Assembly (NCBI GenBank): GCA_963790805.1
Contig: CAWBPL010000002.1
Location: 892,860 to 956,859, forward strand
From: Candidatus Gottesmanbacteria bacterium
GTDB lineage: Bacteria > Patescibacteriota > Microgenomatia > UBA10105 > UBA927
Direction of reading: 5' to 3'
Length of the DNA stretch: 64,000 nucleotides
Of this stretch, positions 27,068 to 36,829 are shown piece by piece (position 1 is the first letter of the stretch; the number at the start of each line of letters is the position of its first letter). Both the position numbers and the translations under genes were made by a program. The notes beneath the pieces were generated by a model. That model was given only the letters and a program-made list of their open reading frames with translations. It was not told the DNA's origin and made no database searches.

Positions 27068-28390
27068 ATGAACGTATCTCGTGATTATTGGGTTAAAGAC
27101 ATCGGACTTGCCAGTGCCGGGGCTTTATATAGTAAAGAAGCTCTGAAAGACATGGAGGGTCTGGTTTCATTGCGGAGAGAATATCTTCACTCAAAACCCC
27201 TGAAAGATATTCATATTGTCGGATCTGTATTGGTAAGCTACGAGACCGCAAATTTTATCCTGTTGTTAAAGGACCTCGGTGCAGATCTTCGCTGGTGTTC
27301 AGACAGTCTGCATTATTCTCTCGATGAGGCGTGCGCATACGTTGCGTCAAATGGGGTACCAATTTTTGCCAAACGCGGGATGACGTTGAAAGAATATTAT
27401 TGGGTGTTTAACGAGGCGGTGAAATTTAAAAATAGTCGCGGGGAGATGATATCACCGGATTATATTTTAGACGACGGCGCCGAGTTTACCGAGTATATGC
27501 TTAAAAATCACCCTGAAAAGATTCAAGGCGTGAAGGGAGCGTGCGAGCAAACCACGAGCGGTATTACACTTCTGTATACCCAATTTATCAATAAAGGACG
27601 ATTGCCCTTTCCCGTCATTGATGTCAATAATTCGGTCACAAAAGCGAAGTTTGATAACGTGTACGGAAGCAGAGAATCGCTTATTGAGGGTATACAAAAC
27701 GCAATGAATGTTCAGTTGGGCGGTAAACGGGTTGTTATTTTCGGATTTGGCGAAGTGGGAAAGGGATGTGCCGAAGTTATGCGGGGAGTAGGAGCAAATG
27801 TTTCTATCGTAGAAGTAGATCCGATTATGGCGATGCAGGCCATAATGGAGGGATACAACGTATTGGAGAAGAAGAAAGCATGTGCGTGGGGAACAATTTT
27901 TATTACTACGACCGGCTGCATTAAGACAATTGATAAAGAAGAAATTGCTCATATGCGAAGCGGCGCATTTGTTATGAATATGAGTGAGCACGACATGGAA
28001 GTAAACAGCCATTTTTTTAGAGAAAACACCCAACTAACAAAAATAAAAATCAACGATTACCTCGATAAATACGTATTCCCTGATGGTAAGGAAATATACT
28101 TACTGTGCGATGGGTTTATCGTGAATTTATACGCAGGTAAAGGGCACCCTCCAAAAGTAATGGGCATTACTTTTACCAATATGGCTATCGCACTATTGGA
28201 TATGGTAGAGCACCCAAAAAAATACAAAGATCGAAAAATTTACAGACTGACGAGAGAGTTAGATGAAAAAGCAGCTCTGCTTAGTTTTCCGGAATTAAAG
28301 CAAAGTCTTAGCAAGTTAACGAAAGACCAGTGTGAGTATCTCGGTGTCGGTGCAAATGGGCCGTTTAAACGGGATGATTATCGGTATTAA
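27068..28390 (+). CDS. ahcY: Adenosylhomocysteinase (S-adenosyl-L-homocysteine hydrolase)
   Basis: ..DDGAEFT.., ..CEQTTSGI.., NAD fold FGFGEVGKGCA, ..GKGHPPKVM.., and ..RDDYRY at the C-terminus. Confidence 0.9.
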   Translation: MNVSRDYWVKDIGLASAGALYSKEALKDMEGLVSLRREYLHSKPLKDIHIVGSVLVSYETANFILLLKDLGADLRWCSDSLHYSLDEACAYVASNGVPIFAKRGMTLKEYYWVFNEAVKFKNSRGEMISPDYILDDGAEFTEYMLKNHPEKIQGVKGACEQTTSGITLLYTQFINKGRLPFPVIDVNNSVTKAKFDNVYGSRESLIEGIQNAMNVQLGGKRVVIFGFGEVGKGCAEVMRGVGANVSIVEVDPIMAMQAIMEGYNVLEKKKACAWGTIFITTTGCIKTIDKEEIAHMRSGAFVMNMSEHDMEVNSHFFRENTQLTKIKINDYLDKYVFPDGKEIYLLCDGFIVNLYAGKGHPPKVMGITFTNMAIALLDMVEHPKKYKDRKIYRLTRELDEKAALLSFPELKQSLSKLTKDQCEYLGVGANGPFKRDDYRY

Positions 28391-28479
28391 GAGCTAAGAA
28401 CTGTTTAGTATATGGTTTAATCCGTTGAAATCGTAAGGACATTGCGAGTTTAAGGGAGTATTGGTACAATAGGCAAGCA

Positions 28480-29271
28480 ATGAGCGAAGAACCGTCGCTA
28501 ATTCAACTGATAGCTGACTACGGTACCGGTGACCCCTCTTTCGGGGAGGTTATCCAAAAGCTCACCTCTCTCTATCGATCCGCCCGCGTAGTACGCACAA
28601 GCGTTCCCGCATTTAGTACGATTGCAACAGGCTTCTGGACAGCGCAGTACGCGCTTGTTAACCCCGTGCCGGACATGATCATCTATACCAATACTGCGCC
28701 GCGCAAAGACAATGAGGGTTCTCGTATAGAAAATGAAGGTGAACATTTGGCCTACGCGCTTCTTGATAATGGCGTGAAAGTCATCGGTGTAAATGCCGGG
28801 CACTGTTTTACCTTTGTAAAATCTCACATAAAAGAATTTTACTCGGTTGAGGTCGCCAACCGCGGATCGCAATTCAGATCGCGTGATTTTTATCCGGAAG
28901 CAGTAATAGGAATTGCCAATGGTGAAACAAAGTATATCGGTCAGAAACTCGACCCCAGCCGTTTATATGAAATACCCCAGCGCCGAATTGCGTGGATCGA
29001 CGGTTATGGCAATATGAAAACGACGGTTCGTGAAAGTGATATGAAGAAATATAAATCGGGTACTCCGCTTCTTATAACGATTGGAGATATGAAACGCACG
29101 GCATGGTATACAAATGGTACGTTTAGTGTTCGCGAAGGCGAGCTGGCGTTTGCTCCGGGATCATCCGGCGGAGAGGACCGGTTTATGGAATTATTTTTAC
29201 GGGGTCTTTCAGCATGGAAAGAATTAGGGAAACCGGACGTTGAAGAAGAATTTTCGATCGATGTGGAATAA
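28480..29271 (+). CDS. SAM hydroxide adenosyltransferase family protein (DUF62; SAM hydrolase/halogenase-like)
   Basis: N-terminal LIADYGTGDPSFGEVIQKL (DUF62 D-x-G..D.Y/F.G motif), with ..VIGVNAGHCF.. and ..WIDGYGNMKT.. further on. Confidence 0.75.
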   Translation: MSEEPSLIQLIADYGTGDPSFGEVIQKLTSLYRSARVVRTSVPAFSTIATGFWTAQYALVNPVPDMIIYTNTAPRKDNEGSRIENEGEHLAYALLDNGVKVIGVNAGHCFTFVKSHIKEFYSVEVANRGSQFRSRDFYPEAVIGIANGETKYIGQKLDPSRLYEIPQRRIAWIDGYGNMKTTVRESDMKKYKSGTPLLITIGDMKRTAWYTNGTFSVREGELAFAPGSSGGEDRFMELFLRGLSAWKELGKPDVEEEFSIDVE

Positions 29272-29274
29272 TAT

Positions 29275-30492
29275 ATGACGGCTGTTTCAAAAAGATTTTT
29301 AAGCGTTCCTTCGTCCCCGATGCGCAAACTTGCGCCACTTGCCCTTGAAATTAAAATGAAAGGCGTAAAAGTGTACCATCTGAATATCGGTGACCCCGAT
29401 ATCAAAACGCCCGAAGTCATGATGAGGGTGCTTAAGAATTGGAATATCGACCCCATCGGATATAGCCAATCGCAGGGAGAACCGGTTTTTATTGAGTCAC
29501 TTCTGTCATACTACCATAAGCTCGGTGCGACTTTTTTAACACCCCCCAGTATTCAGGTGACAAGCGGCGGATCTGAAGGAATCTCGATGGCAATGTTTGC
29601 TATTTGCGAAGCGGGAGATGAAATTATCGTCTTCGAACCGTTTTACGCAAACTACAATACATATGCTGCCGTCAACGGCGTCAAGCTGGTGCCTATTAGA
29701 ACATCGATAACCAACGGATTCCATCTGCCGAAACAGTCGGTCATCGAATCGAAAATAACGAGGAAAACGAAAGGGATTCTCATTTGTTCACCCGGAAATC
29801 CCACAGGAACGGTTTATACAAAAGATGAAACCGACATGCTCGTTGCCGTCGTCAAAAAACACGGGTTATATCTTTTATCTGATGAAGTCTATCGTGAATA
29901 TGCCTACGACGGCAGGAAACAGACGTCGATATTAACCTATATGAAGGAAATTCCGAAGCAGGCGGTTATGCTCGATAGCATGTCCAAACGATATAATTTG
30001 TGTGGTGTGCGATTGGGAGTTCTTGTATCTTTAAATACTGAAATTATGGCAGGCGCTTTGCGGATGGGACAGGGAAGACTTTCAAGCGGTCTTGTGGATC
30101 AGATGATTGCTTCAAAACTCACTGAAGTTCCGGTGTCATGGTTTCGCACGACGCATGATGAATGGGCAAAGCGCCGCGATGTTCTTTACGAAGGAATGAA
30201 AAAAATTCCCGGAGTTGTGATTCCAAAACCAGAGGGTGCGTTTTACAGTATCGTCGGGTTGCCTGTAACTGATAGCGAAGATTTCTGCAAGTGGCTTCTT
30301 ACTGATTTTCGGGATCCTTCGGCAAGCTCAGGACAAGCCGAGACGGTTATGATCGCACCAGCCGCAGGTTTTTATGCAACCAAAGGGTTGGGGAAAAATG
30401 AAGTGCGCATAGCCTATGTTCTTAATACGAAAGCATTAACGCGAAGCATCGAGCTTCTGTCGAAGGCCCTTGTAGAATATAATAGAAAGTAA
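29275..30492 (+). CDS. Pyridoxal-phosphate-dependent aminotransferase, class I/II (aspartate/aromatic type)
   Basis: ..LNIGDPD.., ..PGNPTG.., and PLP-lysine motif SMSKRYNLCGVRLG. Confidence 0.88.
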   Translation: MTAVSKRFLSVPSSPMRKLAPLALEIKMKGVKVYHLNIGDPDIKTPEVMMRVLKNWNIDPIGYSQSQGEPVFIESLLSYYHKLGATFLTPPSIQVTSGGSEGISMAMFAICEAGDEIIVFEPFYANYNTYAAVNGVKLVPIRTSITNGFHLPKQSVIESKITRKTKGILICSPGNPTGTVYTKDETDMLVAVVKKHGLYLLSDEVYREYAYDGRKQTSILTYMKEIPKQAVMLDSMSKRYNLCGVRLGVLVSLNTEIMAGALRMGQGRLSSGLVDQMIASKLTEVPVSWFRTTHDEWAKRRDVLYEGMKKIPGVVIPKPEGAFYSIVGLPVTDSEDFCKWLLTDFRDPSASSGQAETVMIAPAAGFYATKGLGKNEVRIAYVLNTKALTRSIELLSKALVEYNRK

Positions 30493-30499
30493 TGTTGTA

Positions 30500-30533
30500 A
30501 TCCTCGGCTTTGACCCGAGGATCTGTTTTTCTT
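30500..30533 (+). terminator. Rho-independent terminator after the aminotransferase gene
   Basis: An 8-bp stem ATCCTCGG/CCGAGGAT (30500-30507 / 30515-30522) is followed by CTGTTTTTCTT. Confidence 0.65.
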
Positions 30534-30568
30534 CGCTGAATACCAATACTGATTCGTGCATTCGCAAG

Positions 30569-31285
30569 ATGACATATATGAATACGAAATTAGTGTTATT
30601 CGACATTGACGGGACACTTATTTATCACATCGGCGTCCGTAAATGGGAGGAGCAGTATTACGAGGGGCTTAGCAAAGTATACGGAATCACCGGAGACTAC
30701 GATGTCATGCAATATAACGGAACGGTCGAACGCCTTTTGGCGTGGGAGCTAGTAAAGCAACAACGAAAGATGTCTCGCGATGAATTTCTGAAAAAATTTC
30801 CGGATTACGTCGATGTGATGCACGGATTTTTGGAGCACTGGGGAAAGAATACAAAACTATTTCATATTATTCCTGATGCAATTACGTTTGTGCAATTGCT
30901 CAAAAAAAAGCAACCGAATGTCGTGCGGGGAATACTTTCTGGAAACGCGCGAAAAATTGCGCAGTGGAAATTGTCTCATACCGGATTATTAGAATATTTT
31001 TCATTTGGTCTTTACGGTGATGAAGCAGATGACCGAGTCGAACTGGCCGGTCAGGTATTTGCCAAAGCAAAAACGCGCTTTGCATTAGATTTGAAGCCGA
31101 AGGACATTGTTGTCATTGGAGATACCGTGTTTGATATCCGTTGCGGTAAAGCAATAGGGGCGACAACTATTGCAGTAACAACTGGAATGCACGGAAGCCC
31201 GGATGAGCTGGCGAAAGAAAAGCCCGATTATTTAGTAAATTCTCTTATGGATCCCATGATCCTTAACCTCTTTTCATTGCAATAA
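30569..31285 (+). CDS. HAD-superfamily hydrolase (phosphatase)
   Basis: Motif I LVLFDIDGTL and motif IV VVIGDTVFDI. Confidence 0.8.
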   Translation: MTYMNTKLVLFDIDGTLIYHIGVRKWEEQYYEGLSKVYGITGDYDVMQYNGTVERLLAWELVKQQRKMSRDEFLKKFPDYVDVMHGFLEHWGKNTKLFHIIPDAITFVQLLKKKQPNVVRGILSGNARKIAQWKLSHTGLLEYFSFGLYGDEADDRVELAGQVFAKAKTRFALDLKPKDIVVIGDTVFDIRCGKAIGATTIAVTTGMHGSPDELAKEKPDYLVNSLMDPMILNLFSLQ

Positions 31286-31307
31286 CATTGCGGTAGTATA
31301 GTCGTAT

Positions 31308-32222
31308 ATGAAAGACTATCTTCTGTTTTCCGGTTCCAGTAATTTACCTCTTGCACATGAAGTTGCCAAAAATTTGAATATATCGCTCGGTCGGGTTGAA
31401 CTGACCCGTTTTGCTGACGGGGAGCTGCGGCCGTGGATTCAGGATGATTTGCGAGATAAAACAGTGATTGTCCTCGAATCGTTTTCATTCCCCATGGACG
31501 AACACATCATGGAAATGGTGCTTATGGGAGATGCGATCCGCCGGTGCGCCCCGAAAGAGGTTATCGCCGTCATTCCGTATTTCGGCTATGCCAGACAGGA
31601 TAAACTGCACAGAATCGGAGAGCCGATTTCCGCGCGGGTCATTGCGAAATTTTTGGAAATCAGCCAGTTTAATGAGATCATCGCCGTTGATCTACATAAC
31701 GATGCGATCGTCGGATTTTTTCAGATTCCCGTTACGCATGTTTCGGCCCTCAGCGTTTTAGCCAAAGAGGTAAAAAAACTGAATATTACTAACGGAGTCA
31801 TTATCTCGCCGGACGTCGGCGGAGTGAAGCGGGCGCGAAACCTCGCATATCTGTTGGATTTACCGATGGTTGTTATGGAAAAACGGCGGTTGCTCGATAA
31901 ACATGACACCAGCGAAACCTACCAGATTATCGGTGACGTGAATGACAAAACGGCGATTATCATCGATGACATCATTTCAACCGGCGGTACAACCGTGCAG
32001 GCAGCCGATTCGCTTAAAGAAGCGGGGGCAACGAGCGTTATTGCGCTTGCAACACATGGAATACTAGCGGGCGAAGCGGTGGAAAAACTGTCGCACGCGC
32101 CGATAGAGCGAATTATCTGCACAAATTCCATCAACATCGTTGACGACAAAAAGTTCGACAAACTGCATGTTGTGTCTATCGCAACAGTTATTGCCGATGC
32201 AATTTCAATGTTAGTGCGGTAA
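31308..32222 (+). CDS. prs: Ribose-phosphate pyrophosphokinase (PRPP synthetase)
   Basis: ..IPYFGYARQD.., ..DLH.., and PRPP loop IIIDDIISTGGT. Confidence 0.95.
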   Translation: MKDYLLFSGSSNLPLAHEVAKNLNISLGRVELTRFADGELRPWIQDDLRDKTVIVLESFSFPMDEHIMEMVLMGDAIRRCAPKEVIAVIPYFGYARQDKLHRIGEPISARVIAKFLEISQFNEIIAVDLHNDAIVGFFQIPVTHVSALSVLAKEVKKLNITNGVIISPDVGGVKRARNLAYLLDLPMVVMEKRRLLDKHDTSETYQIIGDVNDKTAIIIDDIISTGGTTVQAADSLKEAGATSVIALATHGILAGEAVEKLSHAPIERIICTNSINIVDDKKFDKLHVVSIATVIADAISMLVR

Positions 32223-32233
32223 TATACGACGGT

Positions 32234-32845
32234 ATGGCAATTCTTCCAAAAGCGGTTTCCCGTGTCATTGAGTCTTTCGAACGCTTACCGGGCATCGGTC
32301 CTAAAACTGCGCAACGTCTGGCGTTTTATTTACTCCACGTGCCGCAGGAAGAACTTGACCTTTTTGCAAAAAGTGTTTCGGACCTCAAAAAAGATACCGT
32401 GCTGTGCTCAGTTTGTAAAAATGTTGCAGAGGGAGATCCGTGTACGATTTGCGGCAGCAGTACCCGCGACCACACCATGATTTGCGTTGTGGAACAGCCA
32501 ACCGACGTTTTGTCTATCGAGCGCACCGGTCAGTACCACGGTGTCTATCACGTATTGCACGGGTCGATTGATCCCTTAAATAACATCGGCCCCGATGAGC
32601 TTTTTATCTACGATCTCGTGAAACGGGTAAAAGAGAGTAAGAGTTCGACGAAGGAAATTATTTTAGCCATGAACCCCAACATGGAGGGAGAGGCCACCGC
32701 CATGTATATAACCAAACAAATGAAACAGCAAAATCCAAGTGTTACAATAACCAGACTTGCGCATGGATTGCCCGTTGGGGCGGATATCGAATATGCAGAT
32801 GAAGTCACGCTTCGGCGTGCGCTGGAAGGGAGGCGGGAATATTAG
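32234..32845 (+). CDS. recR: Recombination protein RecR
   Basis: LPGIGPKTAQRLAF (HhH), a C4 zinc finger CSVCKN..CTIC, and a Toprim-like region. Confidence 0.95.
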   Translation: MAILPKAVSRVIESFERLPGIGPKTAQRLAFYLLHVPQEELDLFAKSVSDLKKDTVLCSVCKNVAEGDPCTICGSSTRDHTMICVVEQPTDVLSIERTGQYHGVYHVLHGSIDPLNNIGPDELFIYDLVKRVKESKSSTKEIILAMNPNMEGEATAMYITKQMKQQNPSVTITRLAHGLPVGADIEYADEVTLRRALEGRREY

Positions 32846-32846
32846 T

Positions 32847-33149
32847 ATGGTCACCAAAAAACAGGTCGAAACAGCTTTAAATGAAGTTTTGGATCCCGAG
32901 CTTGGGATCTCGATTTGGCAGTTGGGGCTTATTTATAAGGTAAAAGTTGACAAAAAGGGGAATGTGCGTATACTTATGACCTTAACAACGATCGGCTGCC
33001 CGTTACTTGATCAAATAGCCGATCCCATACGGCAGGAAGTAGGCAAAATTAAGGGTGTTAAAGATGTCCAAGTGGATCTCACATTTGAGCCACCGTGGAC
33101 ACCTGATACAATGAGTAAAGAGGCGAAAATGCAGTTAGGTTTTTCGTAA
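32847..33149 (+). CDS. DUF59/MIP18-family Fe-S assembly protein (SufT-like)
   Basis: ..VLDPELGISIWQLGLIY.. and ..MTLTTIGCPL.. are typical DUF59 motifs. Confidence 0.8.
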   Translation: MVTKKQVETALNEVLDPELGISIWQLGLIYKVKVDKKGNVRILMTLTTIGCPLLDQIADPIRQEVGKIKGVKDVQVDLTFEPPWTPDTMSKEAKMQLGFS

Positions 33150-33155
33150 AACAGT

Positions 33156-33635
33156 ATGGGAGATACGGTTGGCGGTCAAATTATCAGTGAGTTGGGTCAA
33201 TTGGGAAAAAAAGTCGGTGGTGAAGTTGCCAAAGTTCCCAAAGATATAGCCGGTAAGGCTCTCGAAAGCTTGGGGAGTTCAAGCGGAAAGAAACAAACCG
33301 GTCAGGCGTCAACCACGCCGCAGGTCACACCGGGTGAAAAACCCAAGACGGCGTGGGAACAGATTGACGTTGAACAAAATGAAAAAGTGAAGCGTCAGAT
33401 AGCAAGAAGAGCGCTTGAGGAACTGATGAAGGGTGATCTGAAGCGGCCGAAAGAACCGTCCATCTGGGAACGTCTCCAGATGGAGGCTGACCAGAAAAAA
33501 AAGGAGTCGGCAGCTCAGAGTGCTGCGGCAGCGCAACAGATTTCAATGCCCTCGAGTAAACGGGCACGGGGAGATTTATATGGCACAAAAGCAAAACAAA
33601 CTGCAACGGAAAACCGTAATGTCAGGCAAGACTGA
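33156..33635 (+). CDS. Hypothetical charged/low-complexity protein
   Basis: It is the only sizeable ORF here and I recognised no family. The K/E/Q-rich composition makes the coding call moderate. Confidence 0.45.
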   Translation: MGDTVGGQIISELGQLGKKVGGEVAKVPKDIAGKALESLGSSSGKKQTGQASTTPQVTPGEKPKTAWEQIDVEQNEKVKRQIARRALEELMKGDLKRPKEPSIWERLQMEADQKKKESAAQSAAAAQQISMPSSKRARGDLYGTKAKQTATENRNVRQD

Positions 33636-34008
33636 TGTGCCGCATGTTGCCGCAAAAAGCCAAACGCTCGGGCGAGTACTTTTTATTTGTCTCCTTTTTG
33701 TAGTATTTATCATTCAGACGGTGGTATTCAAAACTGGAATTCTTCATCGATTGACAGTGGTGTATCCAATAGCGTATCTCGGGCTTCTCATTCGGGATAT
33801 TCTCCATAGCAAGCTCATCCGTCCTATCGAAATGTGGCTTGCCGTGAATGCAACGTGGGTTACACTGATCGCATGGCCGCATTCACTGATAGTTTCCGTA
33901 CCGATGTTTGGTATCGTCATCTGGGTGATGCGCAAAACTTTCTGGGCGTGGTGGTCTGTTTTTCTCTTTCTTCTTATGTGCTACGCCACCGTGTTATATC
34001 AGAGGTAA
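33619..34008 (+). CDS. Hypothetical 4-TM membrane protein
   Basis: Four hydrophobic helices are present. The start is ambiguous (33580 or 33619) and overlaps the end of the previous ORF. Confidence 0.45.
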   Translation: MSGKTDVPHVAAKSQTLGRVLFICLLFVVFIIQTVVFKTGILHRLTVVYPIAYLGLLIRDILHSKLIRPIEMWLAVNATWVTLIAWPHSLIVSVPMFGIVIWVMRKTFWAWWSVFLFLLMCYATVLYQR

Positions 34009-34057
34009 ACTGTGCTTCGTCGTTGAAAATTTGCCGATTTAATAGTAAGCTAACCCC

Positions 34058-35485
34058 ATGCTGAAGCTGTTTAATTCTTTGGGAAAAAAAGTAGAAGATT
34101 TTACGCCCATTAACCCAAAACTCGTTTTGCTCTATTGTTGCGGCCCGACCGTATATGATTTTGCCCACATCGGAAATTTCCGTACGTACACCATGACGGA
34201 TTTGCTTGTCAGAACCCTGAAATATCTCGGGTATCCGGTCAAATACGTTTCCAATATCACGGACGTGGGTCACATGACGTCCAATAGCGATACGGGCGAG
34301 GATAAAATGGAAAAAGGGGCGCGCCGTGAAGGGAAAACCGCATGGGATATCGCGAAATTCTATACGGAAGCGTTTTTGGCCGACAGCAAAAAATTAAACT
34401 TACGTGCTCCCGATGTCCGGCCCAAACCGACGGATCATATAAAGGAGCAGATCGACATGGTAGCGACGCTTCTTAAAAAAGGTTTTGCATATACCATTGA
34501 TGACGGCATATATTTTGATACGAGCAAATTTAAGGATTATGGCAAACTCACGGGTCAAAGTCTTGACGAGCTAAAAGAGGGCGCGCGCGTCGAACCAAAC
34601 TTGCAGAAACGGAATCCGACGGATTTTGCACTATGGAAATTTTCGCCTCCGCCGGCTGACGGGAAAAAGCGCGACATGGAGTGGGAGAGTCCGTGGGGAA
34701 CGGGTTTTCCGGGCTGGCACATCGAATGCAGCGCTATGAGCCGGAAACACTTGGGCGAACAGATAGATATTCATACGGGTGGCGCGGATCTCATCCCTAT
34801 CCATCACACCAATGAGATTGCCCAGTCGGAAGCGGCTTCAGGCAAATCGCCGTTTGTCCGCTATTGGGTACACGGGCAATTTATGATGGTCGATGGCGTT
34901 AAAATGGCAAAAAGCAAAGGAAATTTTTACCGTCTCGCTGATATTGAATCCAAAGGATATGATTCTTTGGATTTGCGATATTTTTATCTTACCTCACACT
35001 ATCGTGCATTTTTGAATTTTACATGGAAGGGATTGGATTCTGCACGTAAAGCGCGTTTGGAACTTAATGATGAAATGAAACAGTTTGCCTCTGCCGACAA
35101 GGAAGAGACGGGCGGAAGGGTCCGAAAAGAAGAAGGCACGAAGTTGCTCAAAAATAAATTTCAGTCAGCATTAGAAAACGACCTGAATATTCCGCAGGCA
35201 CTTGCTGTTGTCTGGGAAACGGTGAGATCAAACAAAATAACCCCGAAAGATAAATATACTCTTCTTATTCAGTTTGATCAGGTGTTGGGGCTTGGTTTGG
35301 ACGCCATAGATACGTCGGCGGAAGAGATTCCGAAGGAAATTCTTGAGATAGTGCAAAAACGGGAAGCATTCCGGAAAGAGAAAAAGTTTGCCGAGTCAGA
35401 CGATATGCGAAAACAGATAGAAGAAAAAGGATATATCCTTGAGGATACCCCGACGGGTTACCGCGTAAAAAAAAAGACTATTTGA
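34058..35485 (+). CDS. cysS: Cysteinyl-tRNA synthetase
   Basis: Class I motifs HIGN (..YDFAHIGNFRT..) and KMAKSKGN, with ..GWHIECSAM... Confidence 0.95.
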   Translation: MLKLFNSLGKKVEDFTPINPKLVLLYCCGPTVYDFAHIGNFRTYTMTDLLVRTLKYLGYPVKYVSNITDVGHMTSNSDTGEDKMEKGARREGKTAWDIAKFYTEAFLADSKKLNLRAPDVRPKPTDHIKEQIDMVATLLKKGFAYTIDDGIYFDTSKFKDYGKLTGQSLDELKEGARVEPNLQKRNPTDFALWKFSPPPADGKKRDMEWESPWGTGFPGWHIECSAMSRKHLGEQIDIHTGGADLIPIHHTNEIAQSEAASGKSPFVRYWVHGQFMMVDGVKMAKSKGNFYRLADIESKGYDSLDLRYFYLTSHYRAFLNFTWKGLDSARKARLELNDEMKQFASADKEETGGRVRKEEGTKLLKNKFQSALENDLNIPQALAVVWETVRSNKITPKDKYTLLIQFDQVLGLGLDAIDTSAEEIPKEILEIVQKREAFRKEKKFAESDDMRKQIEEKGYILEDTPTGYRVKKKTI

Positions 35486-35517
35486 CCCGTCATAGAGCCC
35501 CGCGTGGCACTCAAGGA

Positions 35518-36303
35518 ATGATAGTGCTATTCGGCTCCGGCGAAATGTCTCCGACGGGCGGTACCATTCACGAAAAGGTGTTAAAAATGATGGGCGTTGG
35601 AGCTCCTGCCCGCATCGGAATTCTTGAGACGCCGACGGGATTTGAAGTCAATGCACTCCACGCATGGCCCGCGCGGATGGAGGATTTTTTTGCCAAACGA
35701 CTTGTCAATTACAAACCGGTCATTACGCGGATTCACGCGTGGAAAAAAGATGCGACGCCGCGCGGCACGAATAACGCCTCCAACGCGCAAAAAATTGAAG
35801 GATTGGATTATCTGTATTGCGGAGCCGGATCGCCAAGCTATACCGTGCGGCATCTTCACGACTCGCGCGTGTATAACGCGATGGTTGATGCGCTACACCG
35901 CGGCACGACATTGTGTCTGGGGTCGGCAAGCGCAATTGCAGCAGGCAAATACGCCCTTCCCGTGTACGAAATTTATAAGTCCGGTGAAGATCTTCGCTGG
36001 ATAGGCGGTCTTGATCTTTTTTCATCTTTGGGCATAGATGGGTTGGTTATCGTCCCGCACTGGAACAATCAGGAAGGCGAGGATTTTGATACGACGCATT
36101 GCTGGATGGGTAAAGACCGGTTCAATCATCTTGAAAAATTATTACCCAACGAAACGACGATGGTAGGTATCGACGAAGAAACAGCATGCATTGTCGATAT
36201 CGTTCAAAAACAGGTTGAGGTCGTGGGAGTGGGAGAAGTGCATCTTCGGAAAAACGGCGTTGAACACTCGTTTGCTTCAGGGCAATCATTTTCCCTCATC
36301 TAA
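35518..36303 (+). CDS. Hypothetical protein, possibly peptidase S51 / class I glutamine-amidotransferase-like fold
   Basis: By eye, ..YLYCGAGSPSYTVRHL..ALHRGTTLCLGSASAIAAG.. resembles the S51 pattern (GGN..L....G..y.G.SAG). This is a weak match. Confidence 0.35.
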   Translation: MIVLFGSGEMSPTGGTIHEKVLKMMGVGAPARIGILETPTGFEVNALHAWPARMEDFFAKRLVNYKPVITRIHAWKKDATPRGTNNASNAQKIEGLDYLYCGAGSPSYTVRHLHDSRVYNAMVDALHRGTTLCLGSASAIAAGKYALPVYEIYKSGEDLRWIGGLDLFSSLGIDGLVIVPHWNNQEGEDFDTTHCWMGKDRFNHLEKLLPNETTMVGIDEETACIVDIVQKQVEVVGVGEVHLRKNGVEHSFASGQSFSLI

Positions 36304-36310
36304 GCGAAGT

Positions 36311-36706
36311 TTACTTCGTCTGGACGATGGTGATCGCCGTCAGCGTGTGGGAGGAAGCCAGAAAAGTCGCGGGATCGATGCCGATAACAACGTTTATGCC
36401 TGGTCCGAATGATGCTAAATTCACGCTTGCGGGTGCCGTTACCGTCCAAGTTCCGAGATTTTTTGCATCGCTTGAGCGGCTGTTATCGGCAAAATATAAA
36501 TTGCTGACGACCATTGTTCCTTTCATTTGATTTACCGATGTAACTGTGGCGTTTACCTCGAGGGTTTTGGTAACGGCAGCACGCGCCCGTACGTCACCTG
36601 TCGATATCGTTGAGCTTGTTGCGCGGTCTAATATGGAGACAAGCCCGATAGCAAGTACAATAAGCCCGACGCTGCCAAAAAGAAGAATGTTTTTATTGCG
36701 CATCAT
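36311..36706 (-). CDS. Hypothetical small secreted/membrane-anchored protein
   Basis: An N-terminal TM/signal (ILLFGSVGLIVLAIGLVSIL) is followed by a Thr/Val/Ser-rich, beta-like sequence. Confidence 0.5.
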   Translation of the reverse strand: MMRNKNILLFGSVGLIVLAIGLVSILDRATSSTISTGDVRARAAVTKTLEVNATVTSVNQMKGTMVVSNLYFADNSRSSDAKNLGTWTVTAPASVNLASFGPGINVVIGIDPATFLASSHTLTAITIVQTK

Positions 36707-36829
36707 ACGTGTTTATTGTTCCACGCGAGGTTCATCTTGTCAATCTTCTTGTATTATAGGTATTTCTTGGGCATGAAGTCTTCTTTCCATGAGTTTCGGC
36801 TCAGTCGTTAAACGTGGTACCATGAGGCT

